DNA from: Vulcanimicrobiota bacterium
GTDB lineage: Bacteria > Vulcanimicrobiota > Vulcanimicrobiia > Vulcanimicrobiales > Vulcanimicrobiaceae
NCBI GenBank assembly: GCA_963820825.1
Contig: CAWGBN010000008.1
Coordinates: 615,921-679,920 of the forward strand
Length of the DNA: 64,000 nt
Direction of reading: 5' to 3'
How positions within the stretch are numbered: position 1 is the stretch's first letter; each line of letters begins with the position of its first letter. Below are positions 1 through 10,167 of the stretch, one piece after another. The notes below the pieces were generated by a model. The model was not told the origin of the DNA and searched no databases. It saw only the letters and a program-made list of their open reading frames with translations. The position numbers and the translations under genes are program-made.

Positions 1-2423
1 CCGGCCCTTGGTAGAGCGTCTCGAGCGTCGAGCTGCCGTGGTGAGGCTCGGCCTTGAAGGCAAATAGCGTCATGCTTCCGGGAACGTACTGCGGCCGGGC
101 GAGGGCCCAAATAATCGCGCCGCGGCGAGTTCCGTGCGACGAGACGCTCGTGAAGAAACCCGGATCTTGACCGCTGGGCAACCCGGGTGAGGAACCCTTC
201 GGCAACAACTTTACGTTCGGCGAAGTTTGAACTCTCCAAACGGTCACGGTGTTGCCGCCGCTTGCGACGATGTGCGGCACCGCGTTCTTGCCGGCGGCGA
301 AGTATGACTGGCCGCACCAGCACCCGCCGATCTCCTTCGCGTCGAGATCGTTGTTATAGCTTGGATTGTATCCACCCAAATCGTTCTGATTGAGTAAGAA
401 CATCGTTCCTTCTTTGCCGGCCGCGGCGGCGAGCGGCGGCACCGACGAACCCAATGACGGCAGCAATATGACGCCGCCCGATCCGAAGTCTACGTCACCT
501 TGGTCGAGACCTCCGACGTCCGACGGTGTGAAGATGCTCAGCAGCTGCGTCAAGTCCGCACTGACTTTGACGACGCTCTCTTGAACGTTCGTGACGCCGT
601 TATAGGTCGTTCCCGACGGATCGGAGTTGCCGGTAACGAAGTACACGTTCCCCGACGGATCGGCCGCAACGCCGTACCCCGACATCCAGATTGCCGATAA
701 GAAGAAGTTATTGGGCGAGGAGGAGAGGCTGTCGTTCAGCCGGTTCGCCGCAAGCGGCGTCAGCGACCCAGCCTGCCATCCCAACAACCAACCCCGTGAC
801 TTTGACGCGTCGAAGTCGCAGAAGCTGCCGAATCCGGCATAGATGTTTCCGTTGGCTTCGAGTAGGGCCGGCCGCTGTCGCTGATACGTGGCGTTGAACG
901 CAAACTTCGTCCCGTTGGTCAAGAGGTGCGAGGCGGAGACGACGACCGGCGGAACGGCATCCGTAAGGTCGGAGAGATTGAGCTCGTGGATCTTATAGGT
1001 CGGAACGCCGCCCTGGCTTGTGTAGGCAACGACGTACATCACGCCCGCAGCGAGATCGATCACGGGCGTCCCGGTGATGCCCACGTTTGGCCCGTTGTTG
1101 TTGCAGCCGAGCGGGGTTGCAACCGGAGTGCCCAAACTCTGCTCGAAGAGAATCGAGCCGGTTGAGGCGTCGATCGCATAGATCGTGTCGTTCTCGGTTG
1201 CGACGTAGACCACGTCGTGTTTGCCCGGCATCGTGCCGCGCGTTGTGGTCTCGTCGGGAACGACGAGCGGCTGCGCGTCGACCTGGTCGTCAAGCGCCAC
1301 GGTGTGCAGCAGTCCGAACGATCCGCTCTTGACCTTCTTAGCGGTCAAGATCGACTCGCTATCGTTCCATCCGGTTCGCAGATTGTCGTAATGATAGGTC
1401 GTCACGGCGAACTTGTGCCTTGGAGCGAGACTGACGGTCGCCGCCTGCGCCATTGGAACGTCTTTGAGCGTCGACGTCGGGCTGCCGCCCAACGGGTAGG
1501 CGTAGAACCGAACGCCGGAGCCGTTAGGGCCCTGATTCGGCACGACGATTTGACCGCCGTGAATCCAGACCTGGGTTAGGCTTCCGGTGCCATGCAGCTC
1601 GGTCCGGCCCACCGATGTGGCGCGCGCTGCGTTGAGCGCATAGCGAAAGATCGTGGCCGGACCGGCGCCGCTCGCCGGACTCAACACTGCGAGGTATCGG
1701 CCATCCCATTGAATCGAGCCGAGCCGCGTCGGCCTCGCCCCGCTCCACGCGACGCGTACGAATCGCTGACCGCCTTTGGGGAGCTCGAAGAGCGCGACGG
1801 TAAGCTGCGCCGGTCGCGCGGCTGCGCCGCCGGCAGCAGCGCCGGAGTTGCGGATGAAGCCTTCGACAAAAAGATCTCCGTCGTCGTCGTACGCACACGA
1901 CCAATAGCCGCCATTGCGGACTTCTGCCCGGTATATCTTGGGAGTGCCATTGGCATCGGCGTAAACCGCCACGCCCAACTCGGGATAAGCGCCCCCCGAG
2001 ACGGCGACGCTTCCGGTCGATGGATCGACCGAGCAGAAATTGGAGTGTCCCTCCGAGCGAGTCGTGCAGCACCGCGATCGGGCGCGTCCCGCCGTGAGCG
2101 TATTCGAGTACCTCGTTGCCTTCCGGAATGAAGACGTCGCCGTGGGCGTTCGAGCAGAGCCCGCTGGCTCGCACGTCGAGAAGCCGCCCTTTCGGCGCTC
2201 CCTCAGGATACGAGTACATGTCGACGCTGCCATCCGCCGCGTGCGACACGTAGAGCAGGTCTTGTGCCTCGGCATTCGATGCCGTCCTCGAGGCGCTGCC
2301 GGTTCGGCCGGCAGCGTTCCCCGCGCTCAACCGGTCCGGAACGAGCGAATTGGTCTGCGTCCGCGACCCCCCGCATCCCGCAGCCATCACAAGGATAGCG
2401 CAAGCGCCTATCAGGCGACGCAT
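1..2423 (-). CDS. Secreted lipoprotein: N-terminal beta-propeller fused to a PQQ-like beta-propeller; 1-nt frameshift near 2038; runs off the window start
   Basis: Signal/lipobox MRRLIGACAILVMAAGCGG at 2423. After the shift the frame reads CSVDPSTGSVAV... and the same frame gives VTTYHYDNLRTGWNDSESILT and LDDQVDAQPLVVP; no stop seen to the window edge. Confidence 0.75.
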
Positions 2424-2543
2424 AGACCCCGAGTGAGCCATCGAAGCAACGCTCCTTTTTAGCCCGTAGACCATTCATCGCCGAGCGCATGGCGCCCTCG
2501 CAGAAGGGTCCGGCGGCGCCTCACTACGAGTGGAGCGTGGGGC

Positions 2544-2581
2544 AGAAAGATAAAGGGCGCCCTACTTCCCAAGGACGCCCT
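2544..2581 (-). terminator. Intrinsic terminator-like hairpin
   Basis: Minus strand AGGGCGTCCT-TGGGAAGT-AGGGCGCCCT (10-bp stem, one G-U) followed by TTATCTTTCT. Confidence 0.6.
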
Positions 2582-2719
2582 CCCCCTCTTTGAATCAGGA
2601 ACTGCTTTTGCGTTGTCAAATTATCTCCGTTTCATCGAAATCCAAACCTAAAGGAAAATCGGTTAGCCTCCGCAGACTATCGAGTCGACCCATCGCTCGA
2701 GGAGGGACGTCGTTCGGAG

Positions 2720-3712
2720 ATGTGCGTTCGTAATGGTGCTTCGCTCGTTGGATTGAGCCTCGCTCTGCTGAGCGGTTGCTCGGGGGGCGGCTCGAACCCG
2801 AATACGCCGTTGCCGCTCGCCCGATGGACGTCGCAATATAGCGGGGCCACCCTCGCTCCCGACCGCGCGAGACCGCGTTGGATGCGGCCTCCGCCCAAAG
2901 GAACGAAAGCCCATCTCGCGGTGGCAGAGTTCGGCACGTCGACCGTTCTTTGGTTCAAAGAGAACGACAAGAAAAATGCACCGCCTAAAACGTGCGAGCC
3001 GGCTTCGTCGACGAACGGCATCCGCATCGATCGGCAGGGCAATCTTTGGGTTCCGGACGGAAAGGCCGATACGACGACGGAGTACGCGCCGGACTGCGGC
3101 GCGGCGAAGCTCACCATCCCCGATCCGGACGGCGAACCGGCGGACGTCGGCTTCGATAATCACGCAAACGTCTACATTCTAAATATCAACAACGTCAGCG
3201 GGCCACCGGTGGTGCACGTCTATACCTCGTCGGGAACCGAGATCCGAACGTTGACCGACCCGTCGTTTTCCGAACTCTTCGGGGTCAACAGCGACAACAA
3301 AGGCAACGTCTTCGTGTCCAACCTCACCAGCGGAAACGTCGGCAACGTGGTCGAGTTCAAAAACGGCAAGATGCCCGGAAAGCAGCTTTCGGGCGTGCGT
3401 TTGAAGCTGCCCGGAGTTCCCGTCTTCGATTCGGCCAACAACTTGATTATCAGCGACTGGAGCAGCAACAGGACGATCGATGTCTTCGCACCGCCCTATA
3501 CGGGGGCACCCACTACCTCGCATTTGATGGGTCCGTCGATTTGGTGCCCGCTCGACCATGCCGAGCGTCACATTTATTGCGGCGATGCCGGCCATGGAGC
3601 CATCGACGTCTACGCGTACCCCGGCGGAGCCTATCTCTACAGCTTCACCGCCGGTCTCTCCGCGAGCGAGCTCGTCACCGGCGTGGCGCCGGATCCACCG
3701 GCACCTTACTAG
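2720..3712 (+). CDS. Secreted NHL-like beta-propeller lipoprotein
   Basis: Lipobox LLSGCSGG; repeated blades (IDRQGNLWV, SDNKGNVFV, FDSANNLII, IDVYAYPGG). Confidence 0.75.
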   Translation: MCVRNGASLVGLSLALLSGCSGGGSNPNTPLPLARWTSQYSGATLAPDRARPRWMRPPPKGTKAHLAVAEFGTSTVLWFKENDKKNAPPKTCEPASSTNGIRIDRQGNLWVPDGKADTTTEYAPDCGAAKLTIPDPDGEPADVGFDNHANVYILNINNVSGPPVVHVYTSSGTEIRTLTDPSFSELFGVNSDNKGNVFVSNLTSGNVGNVVEFKNGKMPGKQLSGVRLKLPGVPVFDSANNLIISDWSSNRTIDVFAPPYTGAPTTSHLMGPSIWCPLDHAERHIYCGDAGHGAIDVYAYPGGAYLYSFTAGLSASELVTGVAPDPPAPY

Positions 3713-3724
3713 CCGAGGACGACT

Positions 3725-4189
3725 TTGCCCGGCGATCTCTCGGGACTGATCCTTGCACCGTACTCCGGCGACTTGTCGGCGTTAGGCGATGAGGTCGAAA
3801 CGGCGATACGTCGTCGCATGGAGTCGATTCCGGTCTTTAGCATGCTCGGATTCTCGGGTGTGCGCATCGGCACCGGCTGGTTGGAATGCACGGTCGCGCG
3901 TAATCACAAGTACGACGGAGTCTTCGATTCGTTTCACGGCGGATTGTTGATGACCGCCGCCGATTCGGCGGCCGCAATCGTCAGTCTGACGCTCTGGGGC
4001 GCCGACGCGCGCATCGCCACGACCGATATGAATATCCGGTTCTTAGCTCCGGCCCGCAGCGACGTCAAACTCTTCGTTCAAGCCATAAAGGCCGGCCGCA
4101 CGCTGATTCCGGCAATCGCGAATTTCTGGCGCGACGACGGCACGCTGGTCGCAATCGCGCAAGTGACCTATATGCGCGTCGGTTCCTGA
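3725..4189 (+). CDS. PaaI family thioesterase
   Basis: FHGGLLMTAADSAA and TTDMNIRFLAPA hotdog-fold motifs. Confidence 0.85.
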   Translation: MPGDLSGLILAPYSGDLSALGDEVETAIRRRMESIPVFSMLGFSGVRIGTGWLECTVARNHKYDGVFDSFHGGLLMTAADSAAAIVSLTLWGADARIATTDMNIRFLAPARSDVKLFVQAIKAGRTLIPAIANFWRDDGTLVAIAQVTYMRVGS

Positions 4190-4299
4190 AGATACGTGAA
4201 GACTCTCTGAAGGCGTTCGCTTACACTTTCTTCATCGATGGCGTGTATCGTGGCTCTCGAAACCTTACCAATACTCGAAATGGGAGAGCGAAACGATAC

Positions 4300-4758
4300 A
4301 TGTTTGAAAAATCCTTTGGAATCGCCGCCGTAACCGCGGCGCTCTCGCTCGCCGCGTGCGGAGGGGGAGCAGCCGGTGGCCCGGGCGCAGGAGCGTACGG
4401 CGGACCGCCGACGACGGGTGGTCAAGCAAACGTTCCGATTCAGCAAAACGTCGCCGGGGGCCCGGCGTTCGAAAACCCGTCAAGTAATATGACGCTCTAC
4501 TTTCTGAGCGTCGATACTCCGGCCGGTGCCAAGTGCACCGGCGGCTGCCTCTCCGTCTGGCTGCCGATCGTACCGAGCTCGGGATCGCACGCGCAAGACG
4601 GCTTCACGATCGTCGCGCGTTCCGACGGCACCAGCAAGCAGTGGGACTACAAGAACCATCCGCTTTATATGTACGCCGGCGACAGCGGCCCCGATCAGGC
4701 TCATGGCGAGGGCATTCCGTTCGCCGGCGGCACGTGGCACGTGGCGCGTTCGAAGTAA
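4300..4758 (+). CDS. Secreted lipoprotein with Yx(F/W/Y)xxD repeats (COG4315/Lipoprotein_15-like)
   Basis: Lipobox LAACGG; TLYFLSVD, CTGGCLSVW, QWDYKNHPLYMYAGD, GTWHVA. Confidence 0.8.
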   Translation: MFEKSFGIAAVTAALSLAACGGGAAGGPGAGAYGGPPTTGGQANVPIQQNVAGGPAFENPSSNMTLYFLSVDTPAGAKCTGGCLSVWLPIVPSSGSHAQDGFTIVARSDGTSKQWDYKNHPLYMYAGDSGPDQAHGEGIPFAGGTWHVARSK

Positions 4759-4825
4759 ATCCGTTCCAGAGAGCACCACGGAACCCGAGTGAAGTCTTCA
4801 TTTGGGCTTCACTCGGTCTTCCGAT

Positions 4826-5305
4826 TCATCGCTGCGAGTGCGGCACGACCCAAACGTAGGGTGTTTTCGGTTCGACGCCGGGCGAAAGATCTGCCGGGGC
4901 GTCGACGCCGCTGGGGCCAAGACTCCTAATGAAGCGATAGATCGCGCGCTGGTCCTCTACCTTGAGAAAGCGCAGATCGTGCCAAACCATCGGCCAATGG
5001 CCACCACGCGTGCGAATCATGAAGAGCCAATCTGATTCGGAGATGCGTTGAAACTCCAAACGCGTGTTGGCTGCGTAGCTGGTGCCCCACGGCCCGCGAT
5101 ACCCGAGGTTGCTCCCGACCATCCAGCGCGAGAGTGGGACCGTACCGTCCGATTCGCGCCACCCCGGCGTGTGGCAATCGTTGCAGCTGCCGAATCCGAC
5201 GAGGTAATGGCCACGTGCTATCAGCGGATCGACGTGTGACGAGGCCGCGACCCCTAGGCAAAGCAGACCGAGAACGGTAAGCGTAATGGCGCTCCAGGGC
5301 TTCAT
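4826..5305 (-). CDS. Cytochrome c family protein
   Basis: Signal peptide; ARGHYLV..GSCNDCHTPG; GPWGTSYAAN. Confidence 0.8.
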   Translation of the reverse strand: MKPWSAITLTVLGLLCLGVAASSHVDPLIARGHYLVGFGSCNDCHTPGWRESDGTVPLSRWMVGSNLGYRGPWGTSYAANTRLEFQRISESDWLFMIRTRGGHWPMVWHDLRFLKVEDQRAIYRFIRSLGPSGVDAPADLSPGVEPKTPYVWVVPHSQR

Positions 5306-5452
5306 TTAATCTGACGTACGACGCGCCGGTTCGATCCCATTCCGAGTGGCGCATCGTCGGCCGGCCTCCCCCGCCTCACGCTGAGTGGACTAACTCTATA
5401 TTCGGCGCAAGCGCAGAAGATGCTGCACCTCGCGTTGCCTCGCGAAAGAGGG

Positions 5453-5656
5453 CTAATGAAGCCGCTTGAGGAGCTGTTCGACTCGTTGCAGGTCGGCCTC
5501 CGCAGCCGTGTCACGTGTAGCCGCAGCCAGTTGATACCAGTGCAGCGCCGCTGCGTAATCCTGAGGCACGCCCTCGCCGTGCTCGTACATGTGACCGATC
5601 GAAATCTCGTCCGCGGTTTCGGGTTCGTCGTAGAGGCCGTACGTAGAGATTATCAT
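5453..5656 (-). CDS. Small Sel1-repeat protein (possibly truncated)
   Basis: IGHMYEHGEGVPQDYAAALHWYQLAA is a Sel1 repeat; start overlaps the upstream stop. Confidence 0.65.
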   Translation of the reverse strand: MIISTYGLYDEPETADEISIGHMYEHGEGVPQDYAAALHWYQLAAATRDTAAEADLQRVEQLLKRLH

Positions 5657-5943
5657 GGCCGCGAATCCTTAGCACGCGGGTATTGGCGTCCTTCAGCTAA
5701 GTGACTGGGTGAAAGTTGCGATGCGAGCTCTCGATAGAGATGTCGCATCGTGTCGCTGAGTAACGCAGAGATTCGGAAGAGACCGTCACCGGAGAGACGC
5801 AGCGCCGTCCACGGCGTACCTTCGTGTCGTTGAACCAAAAGGTACGTTTGGCTACCCAGGGCATAGATTGCAAACTGATTGGATTCGGCAATTGGCTCCA
5901 GACCCTCGACGGTTGACCGATCGATATGTTCGATAAGATCCAT
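5653..5943 (-). CDS. Hypothetical protein
   Basis: 96-aa ORF with GGAG upstream and protein-like composition. Confidence 0.55.
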   Translation of the reverse strand: MDLIEHIDRSTVEGLEPIAESNQFAIYALGSQTYLLVQRHEGTPWTALRLSGDGLFRISALLSDTMRHLYRELASQLSPSHLAEGRQYPRAKDSRP

Positions 5944-5967
5944 GGCTTCGCTCCGCTTTCTAAAGGC

Positions 5968-6321
5968 TTAGAATCTCGAGCCGATCCTAAAGTGACCGGC
6001 CGCGCAAATATCCGCGATCTGCTGACGACTCAACCGGCGGAAAGTCTTGCTGCAATACTCAAAGTCTTCGCCGGCTGCAGCCGCATCGTAGCGCGCCTGC
6101 GCGCCGGCATTCAAGGGCGGCCCTTGCTTCAAGATCTGGTACTTGAAGTTGACGCGGTAAGCGAGGTCTTTCGCAAACAAGACGACCTCACCCCGTCCGT
6201 TTGCGTAGCCGCCGTAGACCGGTTCGGAGCGCTCCTGACCGCTCGGCCCCTTGACGGCCCCTGTAATGGCGAGAGTGGCGATCGCCTGAAATCTAGCTTC
6301 GTTCATCGTTCTGATCATCAT
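5968..6321 (-). CDS. Hypothetical protein
   Basis: 117-aa ORF co-oriented with its neighbours. Confidence 0.5.
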   Translation of the reverse strand: MMIRTMNEARFQAIATLAITGAVKGPSGQERSEPVYGGYANGRGEVVLFAKDLAYRVNFKYQILKQGPPLNAGAQARYDAAAAGEDFEYCSKTFRRLSRQQIADICAAGHFRIGSRF

Positions 6322-6574
6322 GAACCGAAGAGACCAAGCTAAGGTTGCAAGGGATTAGAGCACTGCATGCATCGTTCGTTCGGTGAAAACGCCCCCAACG
6401 GTTATTTCTTGGCCTTTTTGCCGCAAAAGCGTCGTTTTCCGCGGAAGATGCTACCCCGCTAAAGATTTCAGATCACCTGCACCTTCTTCAACAAAAAAGT
6501 ACCCGGCAACCTTATTGAGTCCGTGGCGTTTAGGTAAGGCAGGAAAAGAAACTTAAACTGAAAGTTGATAGTTA

Positions 6575-7018
6575 ATGAAGGACCTAACCAAGACCGCGCC
6601 GCGTAGCTCCAGCGAAATGATGCTCGGCATCGTGCAACTTGCCCGCGTGATCGATAAGGCAAAGGCCGTAACGCACGGCAGCATTGGCGAATATAAGTAC
6701 GCTTGCCCGATGGATCAGAGCCTTTTTGAGTACCTCGGTATCGATCCGAAGGCGTTCCTCGAGATCGTGAACAATGCGAAGAGCGATTACGAGATCGAAG
6801 CTTACGCGAAGACGTTCGTTGCTCGGAAAGACCCCCGCAATATCGAGGCGTTCAACAAGAAGTTCCTCTCGGCGGTTCCGACCGGAGAGTCGTTGACGCA
6901 TTTCGAAGAGCTGCGCAGCAAAATCGCTCCGAGCCGGACCGATGTGGTCTCGTGGTCGGATCTGCTCGACCTCGAAGAAGGCCGGACGGTTCCCCATCGT
7001 GAGTTGGCACACGCCTAA
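6575..7018 (+). CDS. DUF5069-like protein
   Basis: DLTKTAPRS...LARVIDKAKA...GEYKYACPMDQ...DLLDLEEGR pattern. Confidence 0.75.
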   Translation: MKDLTKTAPRSSSEMMLGIVQLARVIDKAKAVTHGSIGEYKYACPMDQSLFEYLGIDPKAFLEIVNNAKSDYEIEAYAKTFVARKDPRNIEAFNKKFLSAVPTGESLTHFEELRSKIAPSRTDVVSWSDLLDLEEGRTVPHRELAHA

Positions 7019-7044
7019 CAAGCCTTAGAGCCGGAGTGAGCTTC

Positions 7045-7074
7045 AGGAGCGCGATGCAGATCGCGCTCCTTTTT
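7045..7074 (+). terminator. Intrinsic terminator
   Basis: AGGAGCGCGAT-GCAG-ATCGCGCTCCT followed by TTTT, 26 nt after the stop. Confidence 0.8.
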
Positions 7075-7101
7075 CAAATGACCGAAGGACTAGGCCCTCT
7101 T

Positions 7102-7512
7102 TTACTCCGGCAGCGCAATGGGGGCACAGGCCACATACCTCTTCATGTCGGCGGTGCTCTCGTGGACGTCGATGACGTACTTGCCCTTGAGCAGATCGCC
7201 GAGCGTGATGCCGGATATCGTCGTCGTGCTGCTCCCGTGCACGATATTGGTCAAAGCATACTTAGGTACCGGGTTCGGATTAGCGCACGTGCCCGTGTGA
7301 ATGTGGATGGGTTGCGTGCCATTCTGGCCGCCGGCCATCTTCACGACGATCTTGACACCGCCGGAAATCTGCTCGAACGTTGCCGTGCCGGTTTCACCCG
7401 GCCGGTTCTGCGCGTACAGTTTTAACTTTAGCGTGCCCGGATAAGCACCGGCCGCCGTGCAAGCGATTGCGCCGATCGTGGCGGCGGCGATTGTCGTGCG
7501 CAGAATATGCAT
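7102..7512 (-). CDS. Secreted CHRD / Cu-Zn SOD-like small protein
   Basis: Signal peptide; QPIHIHTGTC, YVIDVHES, YVAC. Confidence 0.65.
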   Translation of the reverse strand: MHILRTTIAAATIGAIACTAAGAYPGTLKLKLYAQNRPGETGTATFEQISGGVKIVVKMAGGQNGTQPIHIHTGTCANPNPVPKYALTNIVHGSSTTTISGITLGDLLKGKYVIDVHESTADMKRYVACAPIALPE

Positions 7513-7691
7513 GGTCTTTCTTTCCTACGGGCAAGAAGAAAGCGGTTCCTTCGTATTACGTGTAAACGTGGAGCAGCGCGACACCAGTACGCGGCGATGC
7601 CGTTTGGCGTTCCCCACCCGGCCTCGCAGAGCGCGTGCAGTTCCGTTTTGCGTTTAGAAGGCCGCGCGAGCGTCGCCTTCCGACTCGGGGT

Positions 7692-8837
7692 TTACGCGCG
7701 CGGCCAGTACTTGAGCGACGTCGCGGTGTTGAAGAGCACGATCGGCGGCGGCAGATGCACGCCCGCGGTGCACAGCAAGCGAAGGCCGGCCAGGGTGGCG
7801 CCACCCTCCTCCGTCACGTCGATGCCTTCGCGCCGATGGATGTCGCCCATCGCCGCAGCAGCGGCTTCGTCGGAGACGGCGACGGCATGGCCGCGCGACT
7901 CGCGAAGCGCACGCAGCGAGAGCCGATCGCCGATTCCACCGGGAACGCGCAAGCCCCACATTTCGGTCGTGCCGTTCTCGATCCGTGCCGCCGATTCCGC
8001 ACCGGCATTGAACGCCTGGACGATCGGCGCGCAGCCTTGAGCTTGCACGCAGACCATCACCGGTCGGGCCGATCCGATCCAACCCAGAGCTTCGAGTTCG
8101 TCGAAGGCCTTCCACATCGCGACGAGCCCGGTGCCGCCGCCGGTCGGATAGACGATCGTACCCGGAGCCGCGCCGATCTGCTCGACGAGCTCGTACGCCA
8201 TCGTCTTTTTCCCCTCAACCCGATACGGCTCGCGGAACGTCGCACAGTTGAACGCTCCGCGCTCGCGCGCGTACTCGGCCGCGATGCGGCCCGCATCGTC
8301 GATCAAACCGTCGACGAGAACGACGTCGGCACCGTATCCGCACATCTCGTCGATCAACAGCGCCGGCGTGTCGCGCGGAACGTAGACGCGGACCGGCAGG
8401 CCGGCGCGCGCGCCGTACGCGGCCAGCGCGCTGCCGGCATTCCCTGCACTCGGGGCAACGAGCGCGGCAACACCGAGCCGTTTTGCGACCGTCACCGCAA
8501 CCGACATGCCGCGCGCTTTGAACGAGCCCGTCGGGTTCTGGCCTTCATCCTTGAGGTAGAGCGCTCCGCCTCCCAAATCGGCTGCCAACGCCGTTAGATC
8601 GAGCAGCGGCGTTGCGCCCTCGCCCAACGAGATCGGCTCCTCGCCTTCGGCGATCGGGAGCATCTCGCGATAACGCCACATGGTCCACGCGCGAGCCGTT
8701 ACCGTCGCGCGTGACATCTCCACCGCGCCATAGCGCACGAGCAGCGGGGCGCCGTCGTGCGGGCACGTGGTCGCTAAATGCTCCGGCGAGACGCGGTGTG
8801 CCGCGTCGCGCGAGCACTCAAGATATTGCGGCAGCAT
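7692..8837 (-). CDS. thrC: Threonine synthase-like PLP enzyme
   Basis: SLGEGATPL, NPTGSFKARG (PLP lysine), SAGNAG, YRVEGKKT, YPTGGGTG; start MLPQYLEC overlaps the upstream stop (TGATG). Confidence 0.8.
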   Translation of the reverse strand: MLPQYLECSRDAAHRVSPEHLATTCPHDGAPLLVRYGAVEMSRATVTARAWTMWRYREMLPIAEGEEPISLGEGATPLLDLTALAADLGGGALYLKDEGQNPTGSFKARGMSVAVTVAKRLGVAALVAPSAGNAGSALAAYGARAGLPVRVYVPRDTPALLIDEMCGYGADVVLVDGLIDDAGRIAAEYARERGAFNCATFREPYRVEGKKTMAYELVEQIGAAPGTIVYPTGGGTGLVAMWKAFDELEALGWIGSARPVMVCVQAQGCAPIVQAFNAGAESAARIENGTTEMWGLRVPGGIGDRLSLRALRESRGHAVAVSDEAAAAAMGDIHRREGIDVTEEGGATLAGLRLLCTAGVHLPPPIVLFNTATSLKYWPRA

Positions 8838-10165
8838 CAGCTGGCCGTTCCCGCGATCGCGCCGCGGCGCGTCCAGAGAAAGTAGGCCGGAATTGCGCTG
8901 AGTAGGATTCCCAAGCCGGCGAGACCGTCGCGTGGATCGGCAACGCACGCAGCGATCGCAACGCCCCACGACGCCACGAGGTACACGGCCATCGAAACGG
9001 GATGTACGGGGCCGCGAAACCCTCCCGGCGACGCCGCGGCGCGATCGCGTACGCGCAGCACGACGAGCGCGAGCGCAAGCAATCCGTTGAACGCATAAAA
9101 CGTGGCGACGACGTAGTTGAGAATCTGGTCGTAATTACCCCACAGCACGATGAGCATCGCAACGATCCCTTGCAGAGCGATCGCGACGACGGGCGCGTGC
9201 GTGCGCGGATCGATCCGCGCGACGTGGCGAAAGAAGAGCCCGTCTTGCGCCATCGCCTGATAGAGCCGCGGAACCGTCAGCACGCGGTTGCTGATGAACC
9301 CGAGCGTAACGATCGCGACGACCAGCGCCGCGATGCGGCTGCCGAGCGCACCCGTCCAGACGAAGAGTACCGACGAAGCCGGAACCGGCGTTTGCGCCAA
9401 GCCGTTGATACCGAGAACGCGCAGGCAGCTCGCATTGACGAGCACGTAGAGGATCGTAACGCAGGCCATCCCCAGGATGAGCCCCAACGGCAGCGTTCGC
9501 ACCGCATCTTTGGTCTCCGCGGCCATGAAGTTGGCGACCATCGCGCCGTTATAACTGAAGAGGATCGGGATCATTGCGATGCCGAGCGCGCCGGGCCACG
9601 CCGCCATTGCGATCGGCGCTGCAGGCCAGCTCGGCGCCGCCGGATGCGCAAAAATGCCGGCCGCGACGATTGCCAGCAGCGCTGCGATCTTCAGTAGCGT
9701 CAACGCGCCTTGGAGGCGGTTCCCGGTGCGCACTCCGAACGCATTAACGAGCGAGAGCGCTGCGAGCGCGGCTGCCGCGACGAGGGACGGCGCGAAGCGA
9801 AAGCCGGTCAACGAAAGAAAATAGCCCGCAAAAAGCGCCGCCGCAGCGGCGATGCCGCCGCTAAACGATGCGAGCAATCCCGTCCAGCCGTATGCGAATC
9901 CAACGATCGGATGAAACGCTTCGCTGAGATACGCGTACGGTCCGCAGCCCTTCGGAAGACGAGCGCCCAACTCGCCGAGCACGAGGGCACCACAGAGTGC
10001 AACGATGCCGCCCGCGACCCACGCACCAAGCACGAAGCCCGTCATTGGCAGGCGCTGCGCGACGACGGCCGGCGTGCGGAAGATGCCCGAGCCAATGACG
10101 CTGCCAACGACGATGAGCGCCACGTCGGATAACCCGAGATGGCGCGGGAGCGAGAGCGGACGCAC
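8837..10165 (-). CDS. APC family amino acid permease
   Basis: VGSVIGSGIF, ELGARLP..G.Y.YL, about 12 hydrophobic segments; GTG start just after the tauD stop. Confidence 0.85.
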   Translation of the reverse strand: MRPLSLPRHLGLSDVALIVVGSVIGSGIFRTPAVVAQRLPMTGFVLGAWVAGGIVALCGALVLGELGARLPKGCGPYAYLSEAFHPIVGFAYGWTGLLASFSGGIAAAAALFAGYFLSLTGFRFAPSLVAAAALAALSLVNAFGVRTGNRLQGALTLLKIAALLAIVAAGIFAHPAAPSWPAAPIAMAAWPGALGIAMIPILFSYNGAMVANFMAAETKDAVRTLPLGLILGMACVTILYVLVNASCLRVLGINGLAQTPVPASSVLFVWTGALGSRIAALVVAIVTLGFISNRVLTVPRLYQAMAQDGLFFRHVARIDPRTHAPVVAIALQGIVAMLIVLWGNYDQILNYVVATFYAFNGLLALALVVLRVRDRAAASPGGFRGPVHPVSMAVYLVASWGVAIAACVADPRDGLAGLGILLSAIPAYFLWTRRGAIAGTAS

Positions 10166-10167
10166 GC

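Noticed and set aside
7635..8597. Long antisense or alternate-frame ORFs (e.g. 7635-8597, 39508-40371, 46030-47031)
   Set aside because: Shadows of well-supported genes on the other strand, common in GC-rich DNA; no recognisable motifs.
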